Source: Squalus acanthias (lineage: Eukaryota). Taken from it: 64,000 bases of DNA. Within the stretch, counting starts at the first letter, position 1. Every line of letters starts with the position of its first letter. The translations under genes were made by a program, and so were the position numbers. Under the pieces are notes generated by a model, which was not told the origin of the DNA, ran no database searches, and was given only the letters and a program-made list of their open reading frames with translations. This document shows positions 1-12,959 of the stretch, piece after piece. The DNA is taken from NCBI GenBank assembly GCA_030390025.1, contig CM059430.1:43338001-43402000 (forward strand). The letters are read 5' to 3'.

Positions 1-1004
1 AAAGGACTTTCCTCAAATGGTACAGCACACTATGTATGGAAAACAAGAGTCCAACATTCAGCTTAAGATAGATGCTTTCTGCCCTGACTTATGGAACATG
101 AGCATCACAAATTATCACAATGAAAACATTTTGAGAGCCTGGACTTGTACTGAGGGGAAAAAAGGAGCACAGATAGAGGAAGCTGATAGTATCAGCTGCA
201 AAGGGACTTTGTTTTCTCAAATGATGTATGGTTCCTGAGACAGGCTCAGCAAACAAATTACTGCCTCTATCCACTCCAGCAGAGTACTTGGGTACTTCAG
301 GACAAATCACAGTTAGACAAACAACGTTAGAAGAAGGTACCAACTCCAAAAGCTACGAACAATAGTCTATTCACCATGTATCACAGGAAACACTGCCATA
401 AGTATTAATTATAGTTTAAAATGGGTAATTTATCATTTCATGGGTCTCTGGAGTAATAAGCCTACTGTTCTGACTTTAAAGCACTGAGGTTTTGTTCCAA
501 AGGATTTCTGAGTAGTAAATCGCCTATTAAACCAGTGGATGGGCTTAGAATTAGTCTATTGTTGGGCATGCCATATTTAGCCAGAAAAAAGTCTGCAAGC
601 ATGCTGGTTTCATTTGAGTTTTAGAAAAATGATCCTATAAGTGAAAGATGAAGAAATGATGACAGTTCATTTTCTTGTTTTATGGGATGATATGGATGTG
701 AACATGTTCTCAAACCCACATCAGTTCTTGCTACAATGTAATACCTGGGTCTGATCCATAAGGCCCTGATGTATGACACTCTGCAGTTCATACCATGAAG
801 CTTGATTGGGGGCAATGGATTGTATGGTTCATAGTTTGCTGGAGCTTCCATTGTGCTGCAACATCTGAAAGCACTTATATAGAAGTAACAAATTAATACT
901 TAAAGTGAATCTATGAAAATGCCATCAGCAAGGAAAGAATGCTTAGGCAGATACTTAGGCTTTTTCCAGTTGATCAAACTGTGCTTACATGAATTAAAAT
1001 AGAT

Positions 1005-1345
1005 GGATATGGTAGTATAGCAGTAATGGTATTGGACGAGCAACTCACAAGTTGCAAGTTCAAATTGTACCAGGGCAAGTTATGAAATTTAATTCAACAA
1101 ATCCAGCAATTTGTGTGCTTGTACCAGAAAATTGACCATGAAAGCTTCAGGTTTTTTCTACTAATGTCCTTCAGGGAAGGGAACCTGGTCTGGTCGACAC
1201 ATGACTCCAGTCCCAAGCTACATGGTTGACTCTTTTAATGCTCTCTGAAGTGGCCTCGCAGGGTCACTTAGTTGTCAGGGCAACTAAGGATGAGCAATAG
1301 ATGCACATAAACAGCATTGCCCACATCATGAAAACCAAAAAAAAA
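1005..1345 (+). mobile_element. Degenerate tRNA-headed SINE with a LINE-shared 3' tail
   Basis: tRNA-like head (ggtagtatagcagtaatgg...agttcaaatt), central ctaatgtccttcagggaaggg...ggttgactctt block, and tail gggcaactaaggatgagcaatagatg...cccacatcatgaaaa. The tail resembles LINE tails at 39575-39810 and 46020-46120. Confidence 0.6.
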
Positions 1346-2489
1346 TAAGCAACTGCTAAATCCTGACTTCTCAACTTTACAAATGATATTTACATTTTAC
1401 TTAGTGTTGTGTTTAAATAAAGGTTTCTTGCATAAATTGCAGCAAAACAAAAAACAGAAAATAAAATTTAAAATTACAAACCTAAATAATGTACTATTAA
1501 ATAAAGAACTTGATGCAAATTTACGAACATTTTACCTAAACTGTAACATGTTGGCTCTAGAATCTGCAAATTTCCATAAGCATTGCCTCTAGTGAGGCAT
1601 TGAGTTTTGTAAATAATAAATAATATTCAAGAGGCGATCACTGAGCTAAGAGCATAATATCCAGCAGAGAATGTGGAGTGAATAATTTAATGTGGCCAAC
1701 TGTTGCAGCACCTTAGTTCCACAGGTCATGTCAACATCCTTGTCCAGTCTTAATTTTCCCATGGTGGTCAGTGCTTTCCCACAATATGAAAAATGTTTTT
1801 AGCATAGTCCCTAGTGGATTATTTGGATCATGGGGAAGCTTCCCTACATCACTGAACCTTCCATGACCCTGACAAAGCAAAGCTTGGCTGCTATTGCTAA
1901 GACCTGGCTATTATCTCCCCAGGCTCAACCACTTGTCTCATCCCAATGAAACTTTGTAAAACATTTAATACCCATGTAATTTTATCGTAGGTGTCTGTGA
2001 GACCTTTTTTTAAATTTATGGGGCTACTGTTTCAATGTGTATTACATTTCTAATTACAGTATGATAATCAATATTAAGAGGTGTACAATGTGCACCTGTT
2101 GCACTTTCTGAATTCCTTTTGTGAGATTTGGCTTTACAAAAACATAACCATTTGTAAATACAAATCATGAAGAAGTGTATTCTTACACGGCACAGTTATA
2201 GGAAAATACATTGTTTGCCAGCTTAACAAAGTGGAGGTATGCAGCAAACCATTTCTAGGAAGCACCAATTTGCTACAAAATCCTTCCCCAAAGAGCATTT
2301 GTACATCAACTGGTAATGAAATGTGTATTTGCAGTTTAAACTGCTATGGGGGCCTGGCTGCCATTATTTACTTAAGTAATTGAGAGCATGGACTGGCTGT
2401 TGCAGTGTATTATGATGCTGCTCTTTCACATTTGAAGAGCTTGCATTGAATTCAGTCCAGTAAAATGGAGTGCAGCTCCCTTCTCCTTT

Positions 2490-3030
2490 ATGATAAACTG
2501 CCTCTTCAAACTCCTTCTCCTCATCTCAAACATGCTCTCCTCTTGATTGCTTCCACACCCAAATCCTAACTACTCACCTTCCTTTCCTGGTTCAATGCTT
2601 GTTGTCATTGCTAGTGGCTCTTTCTGTTCAGGCACTGTCCCTTTTGGTTTCAATAGCCCATCATTAGCCCTCCCTCAAAAAGCCTACCATTGACCCTTCC
2701 AATTAACAGCTAATCTATAACCTTCTCTTTGTCTTCAAGGTCCTTGAACATGTTATCATCTCTCCGACAGCTCCCTGCTTGAATACTTTCAATTTGGTTT
2801 CCACTATGCACAGAGACTATCTTGGTCAAAGTTATCAATGATATCGTCTGTAATTGTGACCATGATGTTTCATCTCTCCTCCATAACCTTCTTGAAGTGT
2901 TTAACACAGTCATCAATGCCATTCTCCTGCACCGTTTGTCATCTTTGGTCCAGCTCAGTTGGACAGCCCTTGCATGTTCCATTCCTACCTGTCGCGTCTC
3001 CAGCAATAGCTTGTCCTCCAGCCCCCGCAT
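2490..3030 (+). mobile_element. L2-clade LINE reverse-transcriptase fragment (decayed)
   Basis: ORF 2822-3064 LVKVINDIVCNCD..SSLL..L..FNTV..AILLHRL matches the L2 RT motif TETALVKVTNDIL..D.G..SLL.LLDLSAAFDTVDH.ILL.RL. Confidence 0.7.
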
Positions 3031-3894
3031 AGTTATCTCCAGAATTTTTTACATTAAGTTGTAGAAGAGTCAGAATTTTCTACAATTGGACTTCAGGAAG
3101 ACTGAAACCAGCATTTTTGGCTTGTACCAAGAACTCCTTTCCATTTACTGCATCCCTCTCCCTGGCTGCTCACTCAGATTTAACTGAAATCATTATCAAC
3201 ACTTTCAGCAAGTCTAGATTCAATGGGGCTGAATTTCCACTTAGTTTTGGATGTATTTTGAGGGAAGGACCTGATTGCATAGGGTCCCCACCTCTTTTTC
3301 ACTCCCATCAAAATAGCAAGCCCATTTGGGGCTGGGTGCATAATACGTCCATCTGCAAATGGCCAGGTTCAGGCAAACGCACCATGCAATCTAATTCCAG
3401 CATTTCTACCCTTAGTAATTCTGGGCACAAGGGATGCCTGTATATCCCAGGTATCCAGTGCTTCTAGGAGCATTTAAAAGGCCAGAGTTTCTCTGCTGCA
3501 ATCGATTGCAGTATAGAAACCAGTCTCAAAAAACACAAGTACAATTTTTACTTTAAATACCTTTAGGCTATCACTGTTATGCTATGGCTCGGCTCCACAA
3601 TGGGTTTCCTGAGGCAGATGCTTCATTTGTGTCATGAATGGTACAGATGCCTGCCCAATCCATCCAATTGCCCCTGCCTCAGAAAGTGTGATGGGGAGAA
3701 AAGGCACAACTAGTGGGGAGGTGGATGTTACACCCTGCCCTTGATCTACGCACAAAGACCTTCCGGGGCAATTTCCCCGCCCCGTTTCTTCCTTGGCTCT
3801 TGTTTCCAGCCTCCCAACCATCCAATCTTCAGCCATAAACTCCAAATTGTCCCAAACTCCACTGACCTTATCTTGTTCCACACTACTCCCTGGT

Positions 3895-4240
3895 TACCAA
3901 TCGTACCCAATCTAGTCGGAATCCTTGTCTACGAATCCCACCACGGGCTTGTCCCATCTTACCTCTGCAACCTTCTCTAGCCTTACATTCTCTTCTGCCT
4001 CTGCTGTACATATCTCCACTCCCCATTCAGTGGCAGAGCCTCCAGCCACTTTAACCCTACTTAATGGATCTCCATCCCCAAGCCCCTTGACCTCTCTACC
4101 CCTCTTGCCACCTTTAAACACCTTCTCAAAACACATCTCTTCCACCACATCTCCTAACCTTCCCACAAAGGCTTAGCTCCCACATATTTCCTCCTCTGTG
4201 AAGCGCCTTGAGATGTTTATCTACATTAAAAGGTGTTTGT
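3895..4240 (+). mobile_element. L2 LINE 3' end
   Basis: tccttgtctacgaatcccaccacgggcttgtcccatcttacctctgcaacc...gtgaagcgccttgagatgtttatctacattaaaaggtg; matches the reverse complement of the L2 3' end at 41000-41400. Confidence 0.7.
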
Positions 4241-6369
4241 TTTTCTTTTTGCCAGTATGTGCAGTGGCCATTCATTATTTTCGTCCATGTCTAACATCAG
4301 TTAAATGTTATAACTCGGGCTGCAAAAAATATACAACGGTGCTGAAATTTCGCAGAGATACTTCTGGTGTTCTGCCGCAATTCCGCTGGGAGATCGGAAC
4401 CTCCAAGAAATGCTGTCAATGGTCGTTTCAGCAGGAGAGTGGGAGAACTCCCACAGAACATCGGGGCCAATATTTAAACCCCCAGCCATAGTAACCTCTG
4501 ATGGGCACTACACGTAGATTGAAACAATTCTGGCAACTGTGGAATTCAGCAGAGGACTCATAAATGAGATGATTCTTACTTCAGCTCCCAGTGGGCATCA
4601 GTCTACAGCACAGAACTTGCCCATGTTACTAGAATCTGCAATATTACCACTAGTTTCCACATAAGTTTAAGGATGCTCAAGAAGATTTATAACTTGAAAT
4701 GCCACATTGATAAGTGTAAGGGTCAGTAGAATTGTTTTGATGAGAAGTGGGGGGTGGGGGGAGGAGATTGTGTGCAAGCCTATTGTCCGGATAAATGAAA
4801 GGATCCAGCACTGGTGTTTCAATCTCTCCCTTACATAATCTAATACATAAAGGGATTAATAATGTCCCTGGGTTCAAAATGGTAAAAATGAGTAAACCAA
4901 TAAATATTTTCGGAAAATTATACTATTTTAATGGATGGGTATATCCTCTTATAATAGTTGTGAAATATGACCTGTGTATGGCTGGAAAAATTATTCGTAT
5001 AACTTTTACTGTTAATATAAAGGAAACATGTGAACAGAGCCAGAATACCCATTCAGATTTGTGTTACATGTGCACAACTATGGCTGTGGTTCAGCAGGTG
5101 TAAACTAGTAATAGCTTTGGTCCATGCTTGGGCCTTTGCCAGTAACAGATGTGTTCAGTCAAATAAATAATTGAAAACCTTAAACAAAATCAGCAGCTTG
5201 GCTATTTCTACTGCATAATAAAGCAGCTCCCATAAAGGTAGTGGAAAAACACCCTGCTCATCATCACTGCCATTAACAATCATGAGCAAAGATGAAAACA
5301 ACGCATGGTTTATACTGAAAATGAAGGCTTATAACCAGAAAGAGTCCCAGGAGTCCATTACCAATTTTAATAATACATCAAGGAGCCATACCCTGAGCAA
5401 ACAGTTCTATGCGAAAGCCAAACACAGCAAACTACTTACAGTTACCGCATGGAGAGACAACTCCCAGTGCTATGAATTTAGCAAATTTATAAAGGTACAT
5501 AACATGATAGCTATTAGCTAAATTAAAAGAGAGCCATTACTGTAGTGGAGAGTCGAACCACTTGCCAGTTTAGGACCACAAGCAGGAAAGTTGGGAATGC
5601 TTTTTTTTTATATACAAGAGAGCTGCATGAGCAACAGTCAAATTATGTGCATGAATAATAAAATACATCTAATTAAAAAACTGTAGTTAAATATGCAAAA
5701 AAAATAATGATAATGAGATTGTGCAATACCTCAGAGTATTGCACATTATAAATTACTTAGAAGTGCAAGTTGGCCTGACCCAAACAGTCACTGCTAGAAG
5801 CTGCCTTGAACATTCTGTATTCAAATGCTTGCTGAACCCATGTTACCACTGTTGCATGAAGTTGTAGGGTCTCATCGATTCCTGGTACAGGACAGCGAGC
5901 ACCCCTTTCTCATCACTGCTTGTTTTTTATCCTGCACAGTCATGTCTGGACAAGGCAAGATTTCCATCCGGGTTCGACTCTGGCTGCAGGATCGACCACT
6001 GCGCAGAAGGCTCCGGAATCGCACACATTTCTGAGCACGCCTGACTTCACCTGCTGCCTTGCTACCTAAAGAAGGCAACAGTATTAATTTAGATGTAGAA
6101 TTAGCTTTTTTTTCCTAGCTAACCAGCTGAAAATTTAATTCCACTGTTTTCTCACATTCCAGCCATTTTTGTTGTGGACATCAGCCTTTTACTACATAAT
6201 TAGTTGGTGAACATTCTACAATTGTGTTGAGTCAGACCACTAAGAGATTGACAAATCTTACAAGAAATACTTCATTGTTGAAAAAAAGTCAGTTTTCATA
6301 GGTATTGTGTGTGTGGAATAAGAGACCTTATTTGCTTGTTAAAAAGTTATAATGCACCGAGGTAGATAT

Positions 6370-6388
6370 TGGGCAGCAGATGGCACAT
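6370..6388 (+). promoter_or_regulatory. Putative CTCF-binding motif
   Basis: tgggcagcagatggcac resembles the CTCF core CCASYAGRKGGCRS. Motif match only. Confidence 0.3.
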
Positions 6389-6574
6389 TCTAACAGGTAA
6401 GGTGTTCTGATCATTGAATACCCTTTATGACACCATCTACGTTTTTGTCCTCTTTATGTTTTCTTACATGTAAACGTGAGTTGATAATCAAAATAGTTCA
6501 CATTATATGTGTATTTGAATTTACCAATGTTCAATTTAGCAAACTCTAAACATATCGTATCTATCACACTTTTG

Positions 6575-7882
6575 GGGCAGGATTTTAACTTGGAGGCAGG
6601 TAGGGAGGACTGGATTGCGGTTGGGAAACCCGGAGAACGGGTTTCCCTCAGGCCCTGTCGAATTTAACGGCAGGGCCTGATTAACATTTTTTTTCTCTGT
6701 ATTCCCCTCCCCACAACCATCCAGATTGAGAGGCTGGTTGGCTGGCGGGTGGGGAGGCCTGCAGCACCAGGCCGCAGCCGGGGAGCAGAGAGGAGGGAGA
6801 GATCGAAGGGCGTGATTGGGAGGGGGTGGTCAGAAGGCCGGGATAGGAGGAGGTCAGAGATCTGGGGGGTTGGAAGGCCAGATCGGGTGGTGGAAGGCCA
6901 GGACCAGCAGGAAAGTTAGAAGGCTGGATGGGGGGTTGGAAGGCCGGATCAGTTGCTGGGGTGGGGGGTGGGTGGAAGTCATGGATTGGAAGGGGGGGTG
7001 GTTGGAAGGCTGGGATCGGAGGGGAGGTCGGAAGGTCGAATCGGGGGGCGGGGGATCGGAAGGCTGGGATAGGAGGGGGTCAGAGATCTGGGGGGTTTGG
7101 AAGGCCACAATTGGGGTGGGTGTCGGAAGACTGGGATTGGAGAGGGTCGGCAGGCCGGCATCGGGGTGGTGCTGGGTTCAGAAGGCCAAGATCAGAGGGG
7201 GTCAGAGATAGGGGGTCAGAGATTGGGGGTGGAGGGGGATCGGAAGGCCAGGATCGGAGGGGTTCGGATTTTGGGGGGGGGGGGGTTAAAAGGCCGGGCT
7301 CGGTGGGCTGGAGAGGTGGTCAGGGGCTGGGGATCGGAAGCCTGATGGTGGTTTGGGGGCCGGGGATTAGAGACCGGGCGGGGGGGGGGCCGGGGATTAG
7401 AGACCGGGCGGGGGGGTGCCGGGGGCCGGGGATCGGAAGGCCAGAGGGATTTTGGAGGCCTTGTTGGGGAGATCGGAGGCCTCGGGGATGGGGTGGGAGG
7501 TCGGGGGGAGATCGGAAGGGTCCGGGGGTGGGGGGGGGGGGAGGCGTCCAATCGCAGGGGGTTGGTGAGGCAGGGATGCTAGATCCAGCAGGAAAGACAC
7601 TTACATCCTGGATCCAGCAGTCATCACCTCCCTTTAGCTCCCGGGTTCCCTGAGTCCCAGGAAACCCGGCCGCCCAGAGTTAAATTTAAAATGGAGATTC
7701 AAAATGAGGCACGCAGCCTCATTATAATATTTAAAGTGATAACCCACCTTCAGGGAGTGGGTTGACCACCCGCGCCCCCATCCCTCCTCTGTTAAAACCA
7801 GAAGTGGACGGGTTGGAGTTGGGATTCAGATGTCTACCACCCGACCCCAACCCGTCTGTTTTTTTGAGTTAAAATTCCCCCC
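6575..7882. mobile_element. Non-autonomous PIF/Harbinger-like TIR element with an internal G-rich minisatellite
   Basis: TIRs gggcaggattttaact / agttaaaattcccccc; 3-bp TSD TTG at 6572-6574 and 7883-7885. Confidence 0.8.
6780..7560 (+). repeat. G-rich degenerate tandem repeat, about 25-bp unit GGGGG(T)CGGAAGGCCGGGATC
   Basis: Recurrent cggaaggcc/ggatcgg units separated by G-runs; extreme G skew on the + strand. Confidence 0.85.
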
Positions 7883-8099
7883 TTGGTGTGGGTTTATTTC
7901 TTTCTGGCAAATGGCACTTGATGCAATTGGATGTGTTTTTACTTCTGTACAAAAATAATATACCTATGAACTGGAAAATAAAACTGGGCACAAATACCCA
8001 CAATTGTAGACACGTAATAAAAGTATATAATTACCTACTGCATAAGATGAGTACAAGAGTGGTCACAACATTTCTCAGTTTGGTGATCCTGGAGATTAT

Positions 8100-8575
8100 A
8101 CTGTTGCCTGATGGTGCTTTCATGCGCGGACCCCGGGCAGGCCGGAGGGGAGCCAGTTTGTGGGGTCAGTGGGAGGGCACCTCATTTGCATGGGGAGGTC
8201 TGGCACAAGTGCTGGTTCGGGCGCATCTCCAGCACCCGCCTGCCTATGCCTGCTGGAATCTCCAATGCCTGCCCGTAGAGAAGAGGAGAATGCCGATGAT
8301 GTTCTTGCCTCTGACCCTGACCATGGTTCTATGAAACCCCTGTATTGGGGGGCGGGGGGTCAACCTATAAAATAATTGCTTTTAGTTTGCCCCTGTTGCC
8401 ACACCTGACCATTGTTTGCTTTGTGAGGGGCAGACGGAGGTTTTGCCCGATAAGGCAGCCAGGAAACACTTGGCGATTAAATGAATGAAGGAATGAAAAT
8501 CGGGCGGGTCCTACAACTGCCAGATGATCTGCTCTGCCAGGTTATTGCCCAAGGTGAAGGTGAAAATTTACCCCA
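8100..8575. mobile_element. Partial Harbinger-like element, right end
   Basis: GC/CpG-rich body ending in TIR-like gtgaaaatttacccc; left end not found. Confidence 0.4.
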
Positions 8576-9710
8576 CTGTGCGTGGGGTATTTTAAGCTAG
8601 TCGCCCATATTGTGCCATCCTGATTTAGGAACAAGAAAGGGCCACAAAGCCCATCAAACCAGTTCTTGCTATTAGTTTATGTACAATGTGCCCTGTCATG
8701 TACTCTCCCCAATTTATTTGCTGTCGAGATGGAAGATTTTCCAAAGTTTGTCCCTGCTCTCACAGATAATTGAATGCAACTCCAGAATATGTATCTAACC
8801 TTACAACTTACATTAGCCATTTTTGACCAGTTACTTTCCTATACTTTTTTGTTCCAGAAGAAAATGATCCAAAAGCACTTTTATGCTCGATAAAATATTT
8901 CCAATCAGAAGAACAAACCTTAAAAGCTACAATGAGCAAGTTTTAAATGCATATTTTAATAAAGAAAAACAATGAGCCTGCAAAATAAATACAAATTAGT
9001 GGCAGTGTGAGTGGAAACCCGTGATATGATGGCACCTACATTTTAATTAGTGACATATTTTACTTAGCAATGCCTTGTTTCCTGATTTCAAAAGCTTAAT
9101 TCATTTTGTTATTTATTTCATAACAGCAGAATTCAGACATGAAAAAGATTCATTGAAAACAGAAGATGCAAATGAGGCTGTACATAATGTCTCATGCAGG
9201 AAATTAAGGCACTTCTATAATTAAATGATGAAGTAGCAAATTCCTAAAACACCAGCACGTCTATCTGAAGTGAAGTTAAACCTATGCAGTATTTCCTATT
9301 CACGTCAATAGGTATTTGAGCTGGTCAATAAATTTTTTAATAGGACTGTGGACTAGACTGGCTCATGCTTAGCCAGTCAAAGCACCAGCAATTAAACTGT
9401 CAGCTGATACCAGTAGCTACTTTCTCTTGTAAGTGACTTTAGCTGACTATAGATCTCAAAGCAGCTCTGCACATCCTCCAAAAACATTGTTTATATCTCG
9501 AATTCCAAAGGAAAATAATTCTTGGTCTGTGGTAGAAATACTTAACTTATAACAAGCTTTATTTTAATACTCAACGTAATGCTATTTTCAGAAACAGGGC
9601 CAGAACAGGAGTTCCACTGTGGTTATATTTGTCATAACTTATGATGGAAATTATTACCTCCTATTTGGTCATTTATATATAGAAATGGCTAAAGGATGTA
9701 GTCACTAAAT

Positions 9711-9839
9711 TAAATAAAAACAGAAAACGCTGGAAGTGCACAACAGGTCACTCAGCATCTGAAAGAGAAAGATAGGCTAATGTTTCATTTAATATTTTTA
9801 ATTCTGATTTCCAGCATTTATGTTTTGATTTGTTCCATC
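9711..9839. mobile_element. Short inverted-repeat insertion, probably Penelope-derived
   Basis: Arms aaaaacagaaaacgctggaa / ttccagcatttatgtttt; flanking direct repeat tagtcactaaat (9699-9710) / tagtcattaaat (9840-9851). Confidence 0.6.
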
Positions 9840-11564
9840 TAGTCATTAAATGAGATGTCTCAGGTTGTCCCTTACTTGCCATGGGCGTCTACAGTGCTAC
9901 CAAGCATCCCTTTCCTTTGGATTATTATTAGGATATTAACATATCACAGCCAGTCTATTAAAAAAAAATCCCAGTTCCATTTTTACAAACTCATACTGAG
10001 TTAAAATGAGTTTGCCGGTAGAGAAACAGGAAGCCAGCTCATGTGAGTCATTTCTCAGTACAGACAAGGTGATTCTGCAAGGTCAGTACGTTCTGTGTAA
10101 ACTTAAGTCCTCCACGGAATGTGAAGTACAAACATCTGCACGGTTAAACTACTGATGTAAAAACTTGTTGCTTATGGAATAAAGAGTTCAAATGGCTCTG
10201 ATTTAGAGGTGGCAACCTTCACCTCTCTCACTTTGTGTATTTTTCTGTTTTTCTAGCAATTAAATGGTACAGATGTTAGACTTGTATTGGCACAGTTACT
10301 GTTACTAGGCCTGCGCAGGCTGTTTTTTTCCACCCTGTTTTGGGAGATACATCATGAGCCAGTAGTTATAGCTACAGCGAGCACACATGCTGGGAGTCTA
10401 CAATTCTGTGGTACAGGACACCAAGGTCTGCATGTTTTTTGTTGGCTGCTAGTACGGTTCAGTGCAGTCCTGTACCATTTCTGATAAGTGAGGGGAAGTT
10501 TTCACACTTTTAATCAATGCAAAATGCATTGGTTGATTTTGGCTTTTGTTTTCCCAAAGGCTCAGTTGCAGTTAGTTTGACTAAATTCAGTTTCTGTTAT
10601 ACTGGCACTTAATCAGAGTAATTCACCTCACATGAAATATACTCATTCATTTGAAACAACCAAGGCTTGCAATTAGGTTTCGAAATGATGAATTTGAACT
10701 GCTCTCTGTACTGGATCTAAGAAGATAAAATAAGTAGGATCAATCTGGTAGTCCACAGCACAGTGTCAAATGTTCAAGTTATATACATTCTGTGATGTCA
10801 GGGCTGACATTTTACACAAGTCTGATAAATGGCAACGTGCTGGCCCAGAACTCAGCGACCACAGTCAGTTCCTTTAAATGCCTTAATTTTGTGTCAGATG
10901 ACCTTTGTCAAGTATTGCAGTGTCCCAGTGCAAACTAAAATGTGCCTCATTTTGAATTATGCTACAATATCACCTGTTATCATAACTTATAATACTAACT
11001 ACATTCAATATAACTAAATTAGAACTAAATCCCAGTGGTAAACTAATTTATTTCATTACATTACTCACACCCTGTGAATATTGCTTAACCCTTTGGTCAG
11101 AATATCCCATGCTCACTTTTTGAGGCCCCTTAGGTTGCCAATCATAACATAGTTTTCCTGTGAAAAGATAGCTAAATTATGTAATTAAAAAATCAGAGTT
11201 CTTGTGTAAATCTTGCTATCCTCCAAGATGATAGCTTTGCTTTATCTTAATCGATGCAGGATTTACACAGAACTACAAGTAAATGGTACAGTAATTTACC
11301 CATAATTATTAGCAGGATGACATATGACACTGAAATGTTGATGATAAGTGATCACAGATTGCTCTGACAAAGGGAATCAAAACATGTTGAGAAACATACG
11401 GGCTATTTAAATTGAGAGAAGCATGAATAATATAATGAAATGAATGACTAAGCATGAAAATGAAAAACCCAACAGGAAGGAGGAAATTAAAATCAATCAG
11501 AAAAATAAGACACTGGAAAATATTATCCAAAGCATCACAACTGTGGTAAAGTATGTAATATAGA

Positions 11565-12012
11565 TTCACTAGGATGATACCAGGGATGAGAGGATATAGT
11601 TACTACAGACTTGAATAACCAAAACTGGAGCAGAAGGGATCAAATCCAAATATTCAAAATTATGAAAGGGTTTTGAGATGGTAAATAGTGAAGGATTATT
11701 TCCACTGGTCAGTGAATCGATAACAAAGAGATGTAAACTAAAGACTAGTTTAAAAACATAAAGTGAGAGATTAGAACACGTTTTTGCAAACAAAGGGTTA
11801 TTACAATATGGAATGCATCATCACAGGTGGCTATTGAAGGTGAGTCAATCAAGAAATTGAAGAGGGAATTAAATAAACCCTTGCAGATGAAATGTTAAAG
11901 TGTACGGGGAAAGAACAGGGAACTGGGTTTAAAGATAGTTCTGATGTGGAGCTATCACCAGCATGGGAATGATGAACCAAATGGCCTCCTTCTGTGCTGT
12001 GATATCTATAAT
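11565..12012 (+). mobile_element. Old CR1 LINE 3' fragment
   Basis: tcactaggatgataccagggatgag...aaatggcctccttctgtgctgt; degenerate version of the CR1 3' ends elsewhere in the window. Confidence 0.7.
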
Positions 12013-12507
12013 TCCTTGAATATCTCTGGACCTGGAAGCTTACATATTAAGCAGAGAATCTCAATTGCAGATGACTGCTAGGTGGTTGAGCATGGACTCC
12101 TGAGTGGTTTATGTGCAGCTTTTAATGCACCTATGTATTTACTTCCATTCCAAACATCAATAGCCTGGAACCAGTCCATAAATCTTCACAATGACTGGAT
12201 TTGAACACATTTTGCTGACTTGTCCTGCATGTTTGATCCAGCAGCCACATAATATAGCTAGTCCTGTGGAAGTAAGCAAAATCTTAACATTAAGTAAAGC
12301 TAGGAGGACTATAATGAAATTTCAACGGGTAGGTTATAAATACTGTACATTTACTGCACTCAATGTCTAGGTGAAGTCTTTCTATGTGAACAGTCTTGAT
12401 CACAAAACTCAGAATTGTATAATAACCTATATTATGTGCCTATTAGGATTCCTAATTTATTCGTAACAGTGAATCTTTATGTTTGTTTCTCAACCATGCC
12501 CTACTAT

Positions 12508-12959
12508 TGTCAGCTGTGGCTCATTTGGTAGCACACTCGCCTTTGAGTCTAGAAGGTTGTGGATTCAAGTCCCAGTCCAGGGACTTGAACACATAAAGCT
12601 GGGCTGACACTCCAGTGCAGTGCTGAGGGAGGTGCCGTCTTTCGGATGAGACATTAAACCGAGGCCCCGTCTGCTCTCTTAGGTGGACGTAAAAGATCCC
12701 ATGGCACTATTTTGAAGAAGAGCAGGTGAGTTATCTCCGGTGTCCTGGCCAATATTTATCCCTCAACCAACATAACAAAAATAGGTTATCTGGTCATTAT
12801 CACATTGCTGTTTGTGGGAGCTTGCTGTGCGCAAATTGGCTGCCGCATTTCTCACATTACAACAGTGACTCCACTTCAAAAGCACTTAATTGGCTGTAAA
12901 GCGCTTTGAGACGTCCGGTGGTCGTGAAAGGTGCTATATAAATGCAAGTCTTTCTTTTT
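12508..12959 (+). mobile_element. Full-length Deu-domain SINE (DeuSINE, SacSINE1-like)
   Basis: tRNA A/B boxes (tggctcatttggt, gattcaagtccc), Deu core gtgtcctggccaatatttatccctcaacc...ttgctgtttgtgggagcttgctgtgcgcaaattggctgcc, and L2-like tail gtgctatataaatgcaagtctttc. Very similar to 53031-53499. Confidence 0.85.

Noticed and set aside
17-238. ORF at the window start
   Set aside because: Short, with no recognisable homology and upstream context not visible.
3226-3785. Possible additional Harbinger MITE (also 4338-4480, 16006-16091, 17690-18111, 63770-64000)
   Set aside because: Only one TIR-like end or very degenerate ends visible, with no TSD to confirm.
6816-7653. Long Gly/Arg- and Pro-rich ORFs on both strands
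   Set aside because: By-products of the stop-poor G-rich tandem repeat inside a MITE.
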